Part shown: one piece after another, positions 39,229-49,232 of the stretch
How positions within the stretch are numbered: position 1 is the first letter of the stretch
Layout of the letters: the number at the start of each line of letters is the position of its first letter
NCBI GenBank assembly: GCA_021413905.1
Contig: JAIOPO010000001.1
Location: forward strand, 9,159-73,158
Reading direction: 5' to 3'
From: Candidatus Nomurabacteria bacterium
GTDB lineage: Bacteria > Patescibacteriota > Minisyncoccia > Phycocordibacterales > UBA9973
Length of the DNA: 64,000 nt
Notes under the pieces: generated by a model
What the model saw: the letters and a program-made list of their open reading frames with translations, nothing else
Database searches by the model: none
What the model was told of the DNA's origin: nothing
Made by a program: the position numbers and the translations under genes

Positions 39229-41901
39229 ATGCCACCATTAAATAAGTTTACAACTAAAGCTAAGGATGCGATAAAAAAAGCTCATGAACTTGCTATTGAA
39301 CGCGGACAAAATCATGTTTCCGCTTTGCATTTATTGGCTTCTTTATTATTACAAGAAGAAAGTATGGTGAATTCTATTTTAGATAAAATGGAAATAGATA
39401 CTATGCTTTTAACTGATTCTGTTTTAGAAGCAATAGAAATGCCTGAATCACATACTACTGTTTCTCCTGCATATCAAATTTATTTAAATCCTGATTTAGC
39501 GCAAGTTATAGAACAATCTGTAAAATTTGCTGATTCATTAAAAGATGAATTTGTATCTACTGAACATTTATTTATTTCTATTTTAGAAGTGATGAGTGAA
39601 GCTCGCGAAATACTTTCTCGTTTTAGAATTCATCGTGATCCTGTTTTGAAAGTTTTAGAAACTTTACGCAGTCAAAATATTACAGATGTTACAGAAAATA
39701 AAAAATTTCGTTTAATACCGAAATACACTCGCAATCTTACCAAGCTTGCAAAAGAAGACAAACTCGATCCTGTCATCGGACGCGACAATGAAATAATGCG
39801 TATAATGCAAATTCTTTCTCGCAGAACAAAAAATAATCCGATATTGATAGGAGAAGCAGGCACAGGAAAAACTGCTGTGGTGGAAGGCTTGGCTCAACGT
39901 ATTGCTAAAAATGATGTTTCAGAATCTTTGAAAGATAAAGAAGTTGTATCTTTGGATTTAGGTTCTTTGATTGCTGGAACAAAATATCGCGGAGAATTTG
40001 AAGAAAGATTGAAAGGCATAATGAAAGAAATAGAAAGAGCAGATGACAAGATAATTCTCTTTATTGATGAAATACATACTATTGTCGGTGCTGGAGGTGC
40101 AGAAGGCACGATGGACGCTTCTAATATGTTGAAACCTGCTCTTGCGCGCGGAGAATTGCGTGCAATAGGAGCGACAACTTTGCGTGAATATCAAAAACAT
40201 ATTGAAAAAGATCCTGCTCTTGCTCGTCGTTTTCAACCAGTTTACATTGATGAGCCGAGCATTGAAGACGCGGTAGCAATATTGAGGGGATTAAAAGAAA
40301 AATATGAATTATTTCATGGTATTCGTATTACAGATGATGCTATTTTGTCTGCGGTGAATTTATCTACTAGATATATTACAAATAGATTTTTACCGGATAA
40401 AGCAGTGGATTTGATAGATGAAGCATCTTCTTCTTTGAAAATTTCTCTTGAAAATAAACCTCCTGTGCTCGAAGAAGCGCACAGAAAGATAATGCGTCTA
40501 GAGATTGAAAAAGAAGCTTTGAAAAAAGAAATTGAAAACAAAGAAGCTAAAAGTCGTGTAAAAGATATTGATAAAGAAATCGGTAATTTAAAAGAAAAAA
40601 CCAAAGAACTCGAATTGAAATGGCAAAATGAAAAAAATATTGTCATTGAAATTCGCACAATTAAAAAAGAATTGGAAACTTTGCGTTTGTCTGCTGAAGA
40701 TGCAGAAATGAAAGCTGATTTGTCTCGTGCTGCGGAAATTCGTTATGGTAAAATTCCAGAACTTAAAAAAGAACTTGAAAATAAATTGATTCGTTTAAAG
40801 AAATTGCAAAAATCTCGTAGAATTTTGAAAGAAGAAATTACAGCAGAAGATATTGCGGAGATTGTATCTCGTTGGACAGGAATACCACTTACAAAAATGC
40901 TCGAAGAAGAACGCGAGAAATTGGAAAAAATGGAAGAAGAATTAAATAAACGCGTGGTAGGACAAAATGATGCAGTAAAACGCGTAGCAGACGTCATACG
41001 CCGTTCACGAGCCGGTATTTCAGATCCGAACAGGCCAATAGGTTCTTTTATATTTTTGGGCCCAACAGGCGTAGGAAAAACAGAACTTACAAAGGCACTT
41101 TCACAATTTATGTTCAATGATGAGCGCGCTTTGATACGCGTAGATATGTCTGAATATATGGAGCGTCATTCTACTTCGAAACTCATAGGTTCGCCACCGG
41201 GTTATGTGGGGCATGATGAGGCTGGACAGTTGACCGAAGCTGTACGTCATCGACCATACTCTGTAGTTCTTTTTGATGAGATTGAAAAAGCGCATCCGGA
41301 AGTTTTCAATATGCTTTTGCAAGTCCTCGATGATGGTAGATTGACAGATGCCAAAGGCAGAGTGGTAAATTTCAAAAATACTATCATTATAATGACTTCA
41401 AATATCGGTTCACAATTTGTGGAGAAAATGGAATCCATCGGTTTTTCAAATAATACAGATAAAGAAAATTATAGTAATATGAAAGAAAAAGTAAACGGAG
41501 CATTGAAAGAACATTTTCGTCCGGAGTTTTTGAATCGCTTGGATGAGATAATCATTTTTGATATTCTTTCCGAAGAATCAATCAAAGACATTGTAAACTT
41601 GAGAATAAAAGTGGTGGAAGATCGTCTTGCCACAAAAGTAATAGCTTTAGAAATTTCAAATGAAGCTTTATCGTATTTGGCAAAAGAAGGTTACAATCCG
41701 CACTACGGCGCGCGACCTTTGAATCGTCTTATTCAAAATAAAATCCTAAACCCTGTGGCTTCATATATTATTTCAAAAGATGTGAAAAAGGGAGACAAAA
41801 TCCTCGTGACTGTAAAAGCAGGCGAGTTATTAATAGAAGCTAAGAAGGGTAAAATAAAAAGTTCAATGAAAGTTAAAACCCAATCACCGTATGTGAATTA
41901 A
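39229..41901 (+). CDS. clpB: ATP-dependent chaperone ClpB
   Basis: Clp N domain, GEAGTGKT, long middle coiled coil, [14 protein letters not shown]. Confidence 0.95.
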   Translation: MPPLNKFTTKAKDAIKKAHELAIERGQNHVSALHLLASLLLQEESMVNSILDKMEIDTMLLTDSVLEAIEMPESHTTVSPAYQIYLNPDLAQVIEQSVKFADSLKDEFVSTEHLFISILEVMSEAREILSRFRIHRDPVLKVLETLRSQNITDVTENKKFRLIPKYTRNLTKLAKEDKLDPVIGRDNEIMRIMQILSRRTKNNPILIGEAGTGKTAVVEGLAQRIAKNDVSESLKDKEVVSLDLGSLIAGTKYRGEFEERLKGIMKEIERADDKIILFIDEIHTIVGAGGAEGTMDASNMLKPALARGELRAIGATTLREYQKHIEKDPALARRFQPVYIDEPSIEDAVAILRGLKEKYELFHGIRITDDAILSAVNLSTRYITNRFLPDKAVDLIDEASSSLKISLENKPPVLEEAHRKIMRLEIEKEALKKEIENKEAKSRVKDIDKEIGNLKEKTKELELKWQNEKNIVIEIRTIKKELETLRLSAEDAEMKADLSRAAEIRYGKIPELKKELENKLIRLKKLQKSRRILKEEITAEDIAEIVSRWTGIPLTKMLEEEREKLEKMEEELNKRVVGQNDAVKRVADVIRRSRAGISDPNRPIGSFIFLGPTGVGKTELTKALSQFMFNDERALIRVDMSEYMERHSTSKLIGSPPGYVGHDEAGQLTEAVRHRPYSVVLFDEIEKAHPEVFNMLLQVLDDGRLTDAKGRVVNFKNTIIIMTSNIGSQFVEKMESIGFSNNTDKENYSNMKEKVNGALKEHFRPEFLNRLDEIIIFDILSEESIKDIVNLRIKVVEDRLATKVIALEISNEALSYLAKEGYNPHYGARPLNRLIQNKILNPVASYIISKDVKKGDKILVTVKAGELLIEAKKGKIKSSMKVKTQSPYVN

Positions 41902-41932
41902 AAAAATCCCCTCAATTTTGAGGGGATTTTTT
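41901..41932. terminator. Bidirectional terminator
   Basis: AAAAAATCCCCTCAA-TT-TTGAGGGGATTTTTT. Confidence 0.8.
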
Positions 41933-41959
41933 GTGAAAATAAATTTAAGAAATTATTTA

Positions 41960-42325
41960 TCAGATACATAATTCCTGATAAAATTCCAACTCTACTTTTT
42001 CTGTTGCAACTGTAACTCTATTTAAGATTACAGTGTATTTATCTATGTACAGAAGCAATTTATTAAATGCTTCTTTTTGTTTTTGTTTATTTTTAATATC
42101 ACTTTCAAAACAAACATGATGCAATCTGGGTGAGAGTATCTTTCTGGATTCATACATGTGGTACGAACAAAACATTGGGTGTATAAATATACGTTCTGGT
42201 GTTTCAGAATCCTTAAAAAAGCATTCCTCGTAATTATTACCAATACCTGTATATTCAAATCCATACTTTGTGGTCAACACATAAATCACGTGTTCATGGT
42301 TTTTGTAAAAATGTTTCTTCTCCAT
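41960..42325 (-). CDS. Hypothetical protein
   Basis: 121-aa ORF ending near the terminator; no recognisable motif. Confidence 0.45.
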   Translation of the reverse strand: MEKKHFYKNHEHVIYVLTTKYGFEYTGIGNNYEECFFKDSETPERIFIHPMFCSYHMYESRKILSPRLHHVCFESDIKNKQKQKEAFNKLLLYIDKYTVILNRVTVATEKVELEFYQELCI

Positions 42326-42477
42326 TTTTTCTTTTTTTAAATTGTGAATTGTTGAATTATTTTAAACCCCAATTAGGATCTAAAATAATTCAACAATTCA
42401 TTAAAAAATATAATATCAAAAAACATATCTATATAGATACTATTATAAATTTATGATTTAATCAACAAGTTCTATTC

Positions 42478-42563
42478 TGGTGCGTCGGGAAGGATTTGAA
42501 CCTTCGTAGCCCGGAGGCGACAGATTTACAGTCTGTTGTAATTGACCACTCTACCACCGACGC
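42478..42563 (-). tRNA. tRNA-Tyr(GTA)
   Basis: GCGTCGGTGGTAGAG..., loop CTGTAAA, long variable arm, encoded CCA. Confidence 0.93.
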
Positions 42564-42630
42564 ATATTACCCTCAAAAAGAGGTGTAAATATAAAATAAC
42601 ATAAAATTATTTTTTTCGCATCTTTTTAGA

Positions 42631-43041
42631 TTACTGAATTTGAGTTTTATTTTCTAAATTATCCACAGAGAATTTACCCGCTCCATATAGAGCTAGACCG
42701 AGTGTTGCCACTGATAAGCCGAAATCACGCACACCGAGCGGTCCAAAGCCTATACTCATAGCTATGCCAAATAAATGTATTGCGAGCAATAATGCAACAA
42801 TACGAGTGTATACGCCTATGAGTATCATAACACCACCGATAATTTCAAACCAACCATTCAACAATACAAATGTGATTTGAGAAAAGGGTAGTGATTGCGT
42901 AAAATTTGGTAAGAATGAAATCCATTTTTCCGGACCTGTGAGTTGCATATATCCAAAATAAAAGAAAACTAATGCCATACCTATACGCAAGACAACTGGT
43001 GCTAAACTTTTTAATTTTTCGTCGTTAAATAAATTATTCAT
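42631..43041 (-). CDS. DoxX family membrane protein
   Basis: LRIGMAL.F...G..Q, EIIGG...L.G..TR..A, RDFGL, GAGKFSVD. Confidence 0.85.
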   Translation of the reverse strand: MNNLFNDEKLKSLAPVVLRIGMALVFFYFGYMQLTGPEKWISFLPNFTQSLPFSQITFVLLNGWFEIIGGVMILIGVYTRIVALLLAIHLFGIAMSIGFGPLGVRDFGLSVATLGLALYGAGKFSVDNLENKTQIQ

Positions 43042-43051
43042 ATATTTTTTA

Positions 43052-43447
43052 TTATTTTAAAACTCCAATTTTAAAACTTGCTAATTCTTGTTCAGGGCGT
43101 CTTTGTCCACCGTGTTGGTCATTGAAAGCACTTGAGCCATCTTTTCCACATAGACTCAATATTGCTCCTGCGCCTCCTGGATGTTGGCTAATCCAACTTG
43201 TCACATCATACACTGCACCATTTATCGCTGTCCAACAGCTCGATTGAGAATTGTGTTTTTGAACGTCTACCATAGTATAAATTTTCTCAGTATTTGTTTT
43301 TGTCGTTGAAGTATTTGTATTATTTACAGGTGTATTTTGGATAGGGTTGTTTTCTATTGGTGTATAAGTTTTTTTGTTTATAATAACAACTGCTCCAATA
43401 ATAAATATAACAACTGCCGACAAACCAATAAATATTTTTATTTTCAT
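43052..43447 (-). CDS. Cytochrome b5-like heme/steroid-binding protein
   Basis: YT..DV.KHN..SSCW..I.G.VYDVT.W...HPGG...CGKD.S..F..QH. Confidence 0.9.
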   Translation of the reverse strand: MKIKIFIGLSAVVIFIIGAVVIINKKTYTPIENNPIQNTPVNNTNTSTTKTNTEKIYTMVDVQKHNSQSSCWTAINGAVYDVTSWISQHPGGAGAILSLCGKDGSSAFNDQHGGQRRPEQELASFKIGVLK

Positions 43448-43636
43448 AATTGTTTAATTATAACAAATTAATGTAAGTTACCAAAAGGGGGATAAATATT
43501 TTAGACTAGAATAGTATTTGCATTTTAAATAAAATGAGATAGAATATATATTGTTAGTAATTATGGGCCATTAGCTTATCTGTAGCGCTTCGTGAGAGCA
43601 ACTACAAGAAAGTTGAATTTGGCTGAAATATAATAT

Positions 43637-43709
43637 GGGCCGTTAGCTCATCTGGTAGAGCACCTCATTTGCAATGAGGGGGTGGCAGGTTCGAGTCCTG
43701 TACGGTCCA
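43637..43709 (+). tRNA. tRNA-Ala(TGC)
   Basis: GGGCCGTTAGCTCA..., loop TTTGCAA, G3:U70 pair. Confidence 0.93.
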
Positions 43710-43757
43710 CATTGGCAGAATTTCTTTAAGTTTTGTCATATTTTTATAAAAAAATAT

Positions 43758-43829
43758 TCGGGAGTAGCTCAGCGGTAGAGCGATCGCCTGTTAAGCGATT
43801 GGTCGTAGGTTCGATCCCTACCTCCCGAG
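43758..43829 (+). tRNA. tRNA-Asn(GTT), integration target
   Basis: TCGGGAGTAGCTCAG..., loop CTGTTAA, GTTCGA. Confidence 0.93.
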
Positions 43830-45383
43830 CAATGACTTGTACTTAGGTGAGTTTTCAGTATTAAACACTTGTCCAGCAAGTGTTTTTTGCTGTTCGTAGG
43901 AGTCATTTAGCTTTGGAATCCATTCAAGCAGATATTTGCACGCTAAATTATAATTCGGCTTTATTTCATAAGCATTTTGTGTGAAGTTCGTAAATAATTG
44001 AGAGAACAATAATCTTTTTTCGTCCACTTCTGCTTTGTTGTAAATTTGGCTTGCTTTAAAAGCGAGGTCGTGAATTATTACACGAAGTTCTTGATAGTCG
44101 TCGCTTTTATTTACAACTTTATCGAGAGTAGACTCTAAGGCAGATTCTTCAATTTTACATTCAGCTATTTTTCTTTCACAAAACTCGCGTGGCACTTCTT
44201 TGTTTATTGTCGCTTCAAAGTATTTATCTTTTTCTTTTCTGATTTTTAATAATAGCCCATTTAGTCTTTGAATTTCTGTCTCCCTTTCTTTTATCTGCTC
44301 GGCATTTTCTTCTAAAATAATACTTTCAATCCATTTAAGCACAGCTTCGTTCTTAGGGGCTATATTTAGAAAAACGGGCATTATTTGTTCTTCGACTTTA
44401 TCTTGCCTAACATAGGTCTTTTTAGGGCAATGGCGTGATTTTAAATGGTTATTACAGTGCCCATACCATTTTTCTTTTTGTAATTCCCAACTCAAAACAC
44501 CCCCGCAACCATCGCAGAAAATTTTGCTTTTAAATAGGGAATTGTGTTTAGTTGATAAGTGAGTTTTACCTCTTCTTTTTAAGATGGATTGTGCTTTTTC
44601 AAATAGGTCCTTGCTAATCAATGGTTCGTGTATGGCAGGATATATTTGGCCTTTCCATCTCATTTTTCCATAGTAGAATGGGTCCTGAAGTAATTCGTAA
44701 ATTCTGCTTTGCAAAATCTTTTTTCCATTTCTTGACCTAAGTCCAATTTTATACATTTCATCTTCTAGTCCAGTGAGTGAATAATTTCCCGTAGCGTATA
44801 GTTCAAACATTTTTTTAATATGGGGAGCTGTTTCTTCTTCAATGATATGTATTTTATGTCCTTTGTCCCCGATAGTTTTATATCCAGTGGGTGGTTTTTG
44901 TGGAAGTCCGCCTTGAGCTAATTTTTCTTTTTGTCCTTTACGAACTTCTTCGGAAAGGTTGTTTGTATAGAATCTAGCAATTGCAACTTTCATATCCCAC
45001 ACAAGATTTTCGTGGGCTCTGGTATTTTGACTAACGATAAAATTTTCTTTAACGAAATGGACCTCGTTATTTTTTTCTTCATAAACCCAATCGTTAATTA
45101 TGGATGCATCTTTTAAGTTGCGGGTTAATCGGTCAATTTTTTCTGCCAGTATTAGATTTACTTTGTTTTTCTTAATGAATTGAAGAATCTCATTAAATTT
45201 TTTCCTTGCTTGTTTTCCACTTGCCGATTCTGAAATTTTATAAACTTTTACAACATTAAAGTTATTTTTTACCGCATACTCCGTGAGAAGTTTTTCTTGA
45301 GCATCCAGCGAATACCCTGTGTCTTCTTGTTCTTTACTGGAAACTCTACAAATAATGACTGCTTTTATTGTGTTATTTTTCAT
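43818..45383 (-). CDS. Large serine recombinase (integrase)
   Basis: CRVSSKEQ, S..AQ, ESAS, DRLTRN, recombinase domain, Zn ribbon C..C...C...C, coiled coil; stop codon lies inside tRNA-Asn. Confidence 0.93.
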   Translation of the reverse strand: MKNNTIKAVIICRVSSKEQEDTGYSLDAQEKLLTEYAVKNNFNVVKVYKISESASGKQARKKFNEILQFIKKNKVNLILAEKIDRLTRNLKDASIINDWVYEEKNNEVHFVKENFIVSQNTRAHENLVWDMKVAIARFYTNNLSEEVRKGQKEKLAQGGLPQKPPTGYKTIGDKGHKIHIIEEETAPHIKKMFELYATGNYSLTGLEDEMYKIGLRSRNGKKILQSRIYELLQDPFYYGKMRWKGQIYPAIHEPLISKDLFEKAQSILKRRGKTHLSTKHNSLFKSKIFCDGCGGVLSWELQKEKWYGHCNNHLKSRHCPKKTYVRQDKVEEQIMPVFLNIAPKNEAVLKWIESIILEENAEQIKERETEIQRLNGLLLKIRKEKDKYFEATINKEVPREFCERKIAECKIEESALESTLDKVVNKSDDYQELRVIIHDLAFKASQIYNKAEVDEKRLLFSQLFTNFTQNAYEIKPNYNLACKYLLEWIPKLNDSYEQQKTLAGQVFNTENSPKYKSLLGR

Positions 45384-45448
45384 ATATTTTTATTTTATTT
45401 TAATTTAATTTCTAATAATTATAACATATACCAATTCAGTTATTTTTT

Positions 45449-45652
45449 TTACCCATCGGGGACATTAGAAGATTCAATTTCTTTTTTGTTTACACGTTGG
45501 TGAATTTTAAATAACGTTAAATAATAATTAGCGACCCCGTTGGCGATTTCTCTAACTTGTTCTTCCGTGAAATTCTCAAAACCAGCACAACCTTTGTGTA
45601 GCTCAACAAATTTATTTATTTGTTCTGGTTTGAGTTCCATTAGTTTAACCAC
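45449..45652 (-). CDS. Small hypothetical protein upstream of the recombinase (possible directionality factor)
   Basis: 67 aa, overlaps the upstream gene; function inferred from position only. Confidence 0.55.
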   Translation of the reverse strand: MVKLMELKPEQINKFVELHKGCAGFENFTEEQVREIANGVANYYLTLFKIHQRVNKKEIESSNVPDG

Positions 45653-46191
45653 GAAGGTTTGTTAGCTCGCATTGCTTGCACGAAAGGCGAGTCCTCTTCT
45701 TTTAAAGAAGAATTTTCTCTTTCTTTATTTGATTTAGTTAGTTGAATTCCCGTATCCTTTTCGGTACTATCTCCCTTACTGTTTAGATACTGTTCATTTT
45801 CCTTTTGGTCATAAGAGTATTCTTTTTTGACCGTATACATTTGGATACTGTCCTTTTTAGTATTTAAAGGGTCCATTAAGAAATATATATTTGGTTGTCT
45901 TTTTTTATTACGAAGAACTAATATCAATCCAAGTTCTTCAATTATTTTTATATATTTACTAACTGTATTTCTTTTTCCAATTCCAGAGAATTTCATTATT
46001 GTTGGGTATGAAGGAAAGCAGGATTGTGTTTTACTATTAGCGTGCCTAGCTAAAGTGCAATAGATGGCTATTCCTGAAGATTTTAACTTCGGTCCGTATT
46101 TTTCTATTATTTCGTTATCAACCCAAAATCGAGTCTTCTTTAAAGAAGGTCTTATGTGTTTTGGTATGACTAAATTATTTGGCAGTTTCAT
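45640..46191 (-). CDS. HTH replication-initiator-like protein
   Basis: IAIYCTLARHAN..SCFPSY.TI...SG..RNTV..YI..IEELGLI winged-HTH pattern. Confidence 0.75.
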   Translation of the reverse strand: MKLPNNLVIPKHIRPSLKKTRFWVDNEIIEKYGPKLKSSGIAIYCTLARHANSKTQSCFPSYPTIMKFSGIGKRNTVSKYIKIIEELGLILVLRNKKRQPNIYFLMDPLNTKKDSIQMYTVKKEYSYDQKENEQYLNSKGDSTEKDTGIQLTKSNKERENSSLKEEDSPFVQAMRANKPSWLN

Positions 46192-46226
46192 AATTTTTAT
46201 TCATATAATTTAATATAGGCGAGTCG

Positions 46227-46490
46227 TTAGTTTTTTAATCTGCTTTTAATTTCTCTGATAGCGTTCCAATAATTTTTTGGTTCAACTTGAAGTAAGCCAG
46301 CCCAAAAGTTAGTTATTGTTTTTTCCAGTTCTTTTGTTTTATTAAAAACCATTTTGACTTTCGGGTACTCTTTTGGGTCCCTGTCAAAGGCAATGATGGG
46401 GAAATTTAGAGAAACTAGACAGCTAACTAAGCACATATCACTAAGAGATACTTTTTCTTCTACATTTAGATATTTAAAATCACTATTCAT
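46227..46490 (-). CDS. Small phage/island protein (DUF5659-like)
   Basis: D..L...L...F, F.K..EL......FW.G.L.VEP..Y....R.IK.RL. Confidence 0.55.
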   Translation of the reverse strand: MNSDFKYLNVEEKVSLSDMCLVSCLVSLNFPIIAFDRDPKEYPKVKMVFNKTKELEKTITNFWAGLLQVEPKNYWNAIREIKSRLKN

Positions 46491-46628
46491 TTAATTTAAT
46501 AAAATTATTTTTAATAAATGCCTTCCTTAGACAAAAGGAGGACTCTATATAAAGGCATATGTGGTCATACGACAAAAAATAAAAAAAGCCCTTTGAAAAT
46601 AGGCTTTTTAATAGAAAGAATTTACTTT

Positions 46629-47675
46629 CTATTGGTTTTTTAATTTCGATATTTTATTTTTACTTTGCTCCTCCTTTATTTTACGTATTTGATTAAAATC
46701 TTTAACATTAAAGAGCCACCTTCCTTTTGGCTGAACCCTTGTAAGCTTTATTTTACTTGACCAATACGCAGGTATAAGTCCTTTCTCTCTATACCGTCTT
46801 AATGTTTTATCGCTTATACCAGTGGCATCTGCTGTCTGTTGAGTAAGAAAATATTTTTCCCCGTTTACGTCTTCGATTAAATCGAGAGAATCAGTTTCAT
46901 TTGCCTTGTGTGATGTGGTCGGATAGTTATTATTCTCATTGTTTTCATAATCAAGTATAGCTAAATCATCATCATTATATCCAGAAAATACTTTTTTATT
47001 GTAGCGTATTTTTATATTTATTTCTCTCATTACCTTTTCACGTATATAATAAAAAAGTTTTTGTCCCGAATTTGATTTTTTTGCTAAATTATTAATAGTG
47101 TCCAGTAGGTCTTTTTTTGCATCTGCCGTTGTTTTTATTTTTCTATTTTTTTGTTTCCTCCCTGAATCTCTATAGCCAAGATTCCTTTGTATAAACCAAT
47201 CATTTAAACATAACTGTATTTCTGTTTTTACCAGCAATTTTAAATACTTATCAGAATATTTGGTAAATTTATTATTATCTAGATTTTCTTTTAAAGAAAG
47301 ATATTTTTTTAGTTTTTTTGTTGATGGTGAGACGCTTCCTATCCAAATTTCTGCCAAAAAGTCTAAAAGTAAATCATTGTCTTTTTTAGAAAGATTATAT
47401 TTTTTATATATTGATTTTACTATTTCGCTTGGCTGAGGTTTTTTGTTGTCCCAATTTACAGATGGGAACAATAAATTTGTTGCTATTATTCCATATTTGG
47501 AAACTTTAATTAAAATTTTTTTATTCAGCTTTTTTGCTTTTCTTTTTTCTTTAATCAAGCTCTTTAGACTCTTGATTTTTTTTAGAATAGGTCTAAGAGT
47601 TTTTTTATCAATTAAAGGCAGTCCTAAGTAAAATATTGAATCATCAAAAATAGGAAATTTTTGTTTTTTATTCAT
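46629..47675 (-). CDS. Hypothetical protein with C-terminal MerR/excisionase-like HTH
   Basis: LTQQTADATGISDKTLRRYREKGLIPA...RWLF. Confidence 0.65.
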   Translation of the reverse strand: MNKKQKFPIFDDSIFYLGLPLIDKKTLRPILKKIKSLKSLIKEKRKAKKLNKKILIKVSKYGIIATNLLFPSVNWDNKKPQPSEIVKSIYKKYNLSKKDNDLLLDFLAEIWIGSVSPSTKKLKKYLSLKENLDNNKFTKYSDKYLKLLVKTEIQLCLNDWFIQRNLGYRDSGRKQKNRKIKTTADAKKDLLDTINNLAKKSNSGQKLFYYIREKVMREINIKIRYNKKVFSGYNDDDLAILDYENNENNNYPTTSHKANETDSLDLIEDVNGEKYFLTQQTADATGISDKTLRRYREKGLIPAYWSSKIKLTRVQPKGRWLFNVKDFNQIRKIKEEQSKNKISKLKNQ

Positions 47676-47975
47676 ATAATATAATCTGGGTAACTTACAT
47701 TAGATGTGCATCTAATTGAAACACTAACGATGTATATGTGAACATTGCACTGGCACATTTTACCATTTTATTGTAGACTTAAAAAGTCAATTAAATATGG
47801 ACCTAACCCTTGAATTAACATTTAAGGCACGGTCAACAGTAATCCGCTCAGGAGCATAAAACCCATCATTGGGGTACCTGAGCGGTCGTATTGGGAAACT
47901 GATACGGATGGCGAAAGCTATCACCTAGTGGTGGGCTTTTTGCTACCAATTTTATTAGATTAAGATAAAAAATTT

Positions 47976-48650
47976 ATGGAAGAAAATAAAACATCAGGTT
48001 CAAATCCTGAACAAAAAAATTGGATTAGTCGTCATCCTATGATTACAACAATTATTGTTTTAGGGATGTCTTTAATGATAGGTGGATTAAGTAATCAAGG
48101 AAATAGTATTCAGTCTGATGAAACAAATAATACTTCAATATCTACAACACCTAATATTCAGCCTGACATAAATCTTCCAGAAAAAACCATCACATCTAAA
48201 GTTAAAAATGAATCCGTTTCTACGCAACAATCAATTACTGAAACAAATAATACAATTTATGCTAAAAAATTTTATAACGTTATTTTATTAATTGAGTCTG
48301 GAAATTCAGATGCTCAATCTGGAATATCTGCATTTAGCACTAGCACCCCAGACGCTCTATTTGACTTACGACAAGCTCAAGCAGAGTTTTCTAAAGCACA
48401 GTTAGAAATGCAATCATTGCAAGTTAATGTGCCTGAAAAGTTTATAGATATAAATAGATTAATGAATGAGGCTATAAATAATTACACTTCTGGTATGAAT
48501 ATATTAATTCCAGCCTTGGAAGATGAGAATAATCCTGATTCACTTAATCAAGCTAAAAGTGCTTATACTTATTTTAATAAGGCAGTTATGCTTTTTAGTC
48601 AGGCAGAACTTGCCATAAAGCAATTAAACGCTAAAGAGGGTATTTATTAG
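47976..48650 (+). CDS. Hypothetical membrane-anchored helical protein
   Basis: NWISRHP followed by a TM segment, S/T-rich linker, helical C-terminal domain. Confidence 0.65.
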   Translation: MEENKTSGSNPEQKNWISRHPMITTIIVLGMSLMIGGLSNQGNSIQSDETNNTSISTTPNIQPDINLPEKTITSKVKNESVSTQQSITETNNTIYAKKFYNVILLIESGNSDAQSGISAFSTSTPDALFDLRQAQAEFSKAQLEMQSLQVNVPEKFIDINRLMNEAINNYTSGMNILIPALEDENNPDSLNQAKSAYTYFNKAVMLFSQAELAIKQLNAKEGIY

Positions 48651-48669
48651 TAAAAAGTAAATAAGAAAT

Positions 48670-49155
48670 TTATCTTCCAATTCTATTTTTACATCCAAGG
48701 CAATAGTTTCCATACTCTTGAGGAAATTTTCTTTCAAGGTATTTCCAAGCCAAATTAGGGTCCGTCTGAATAGCTCTAGCAACAGTAAGCCTAGCGAGCA
48801 TCCCAAGGTTCAGTTTCCACCCCTGTTTCTGCTCTAAAAACTCAGGATTATTGTGCTGATAGTTATATAGCGTTTGAAGTGAAATACCAGCGAAAACACA
48901 GGCTTCTCGGTCGCTAGCATCTACTAGGTAAGCCATCCTTAGTTTTTGGAGTGTGTCATTTTTCATAACTGTGGGTCTGCCACCCTTTTGACCCTTAGTT
49001 TTCTCTATTACGTTGGCTGGGCGAGGGTTGTGTCTAGGTAAGGTTTTCAAAGCAAGACAACCGTCAAAAGGAAGAGGTAGTTCTTCCATCTCTAGCTCAA
49101 TGGTTTCTTGTGGAAATGCCTCTATTGGGATTGTGTCGAATTCTAATTCTTCCAT
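48670..49155 (-). CDS. Terminase small subunit-like HTH protein
   Basis: GGRPTVM...LQKL..AY...ASDREAC.FAGIS.QTLYNY...NPEF, AWKYLERK..EYG. Confidence 0.6.
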   Translation of the reverse strand: MEELEFDTIPIEAFPQETIELEMEELPLPFDGCLALKTLPRHNPRPANVIEKTKGQKGGRPTVMKNDTLQKLRMAYLVDASDREACVFAGISLQTLYNYQHNNPEFLEQKQGWKLNLGMLARLTVARAIQTDPNLAWKYLERKFPQEYGNYCLGCKNRIGR

Positions 49156-49232
49156 AGTTATATTATAGTTGTTTTTTAGTTTTTTTATCTTTTATGATTT
49201 ACATTTTTGTAAATTTTAGTAGAATGAAGAAC

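Noticed and set aside
39672-41438. Numerous short ORFs antisense to clpB, with similar ones over uvrA, secA, gyrA and dnaE
   Set aside because: Fully overlap well-supported genes and show no motifs.
47896-47922. Hammerhead-like CTGAT...GAAA
   Set aside because: Lacks the CUGANGA core and the required stem arrangement.
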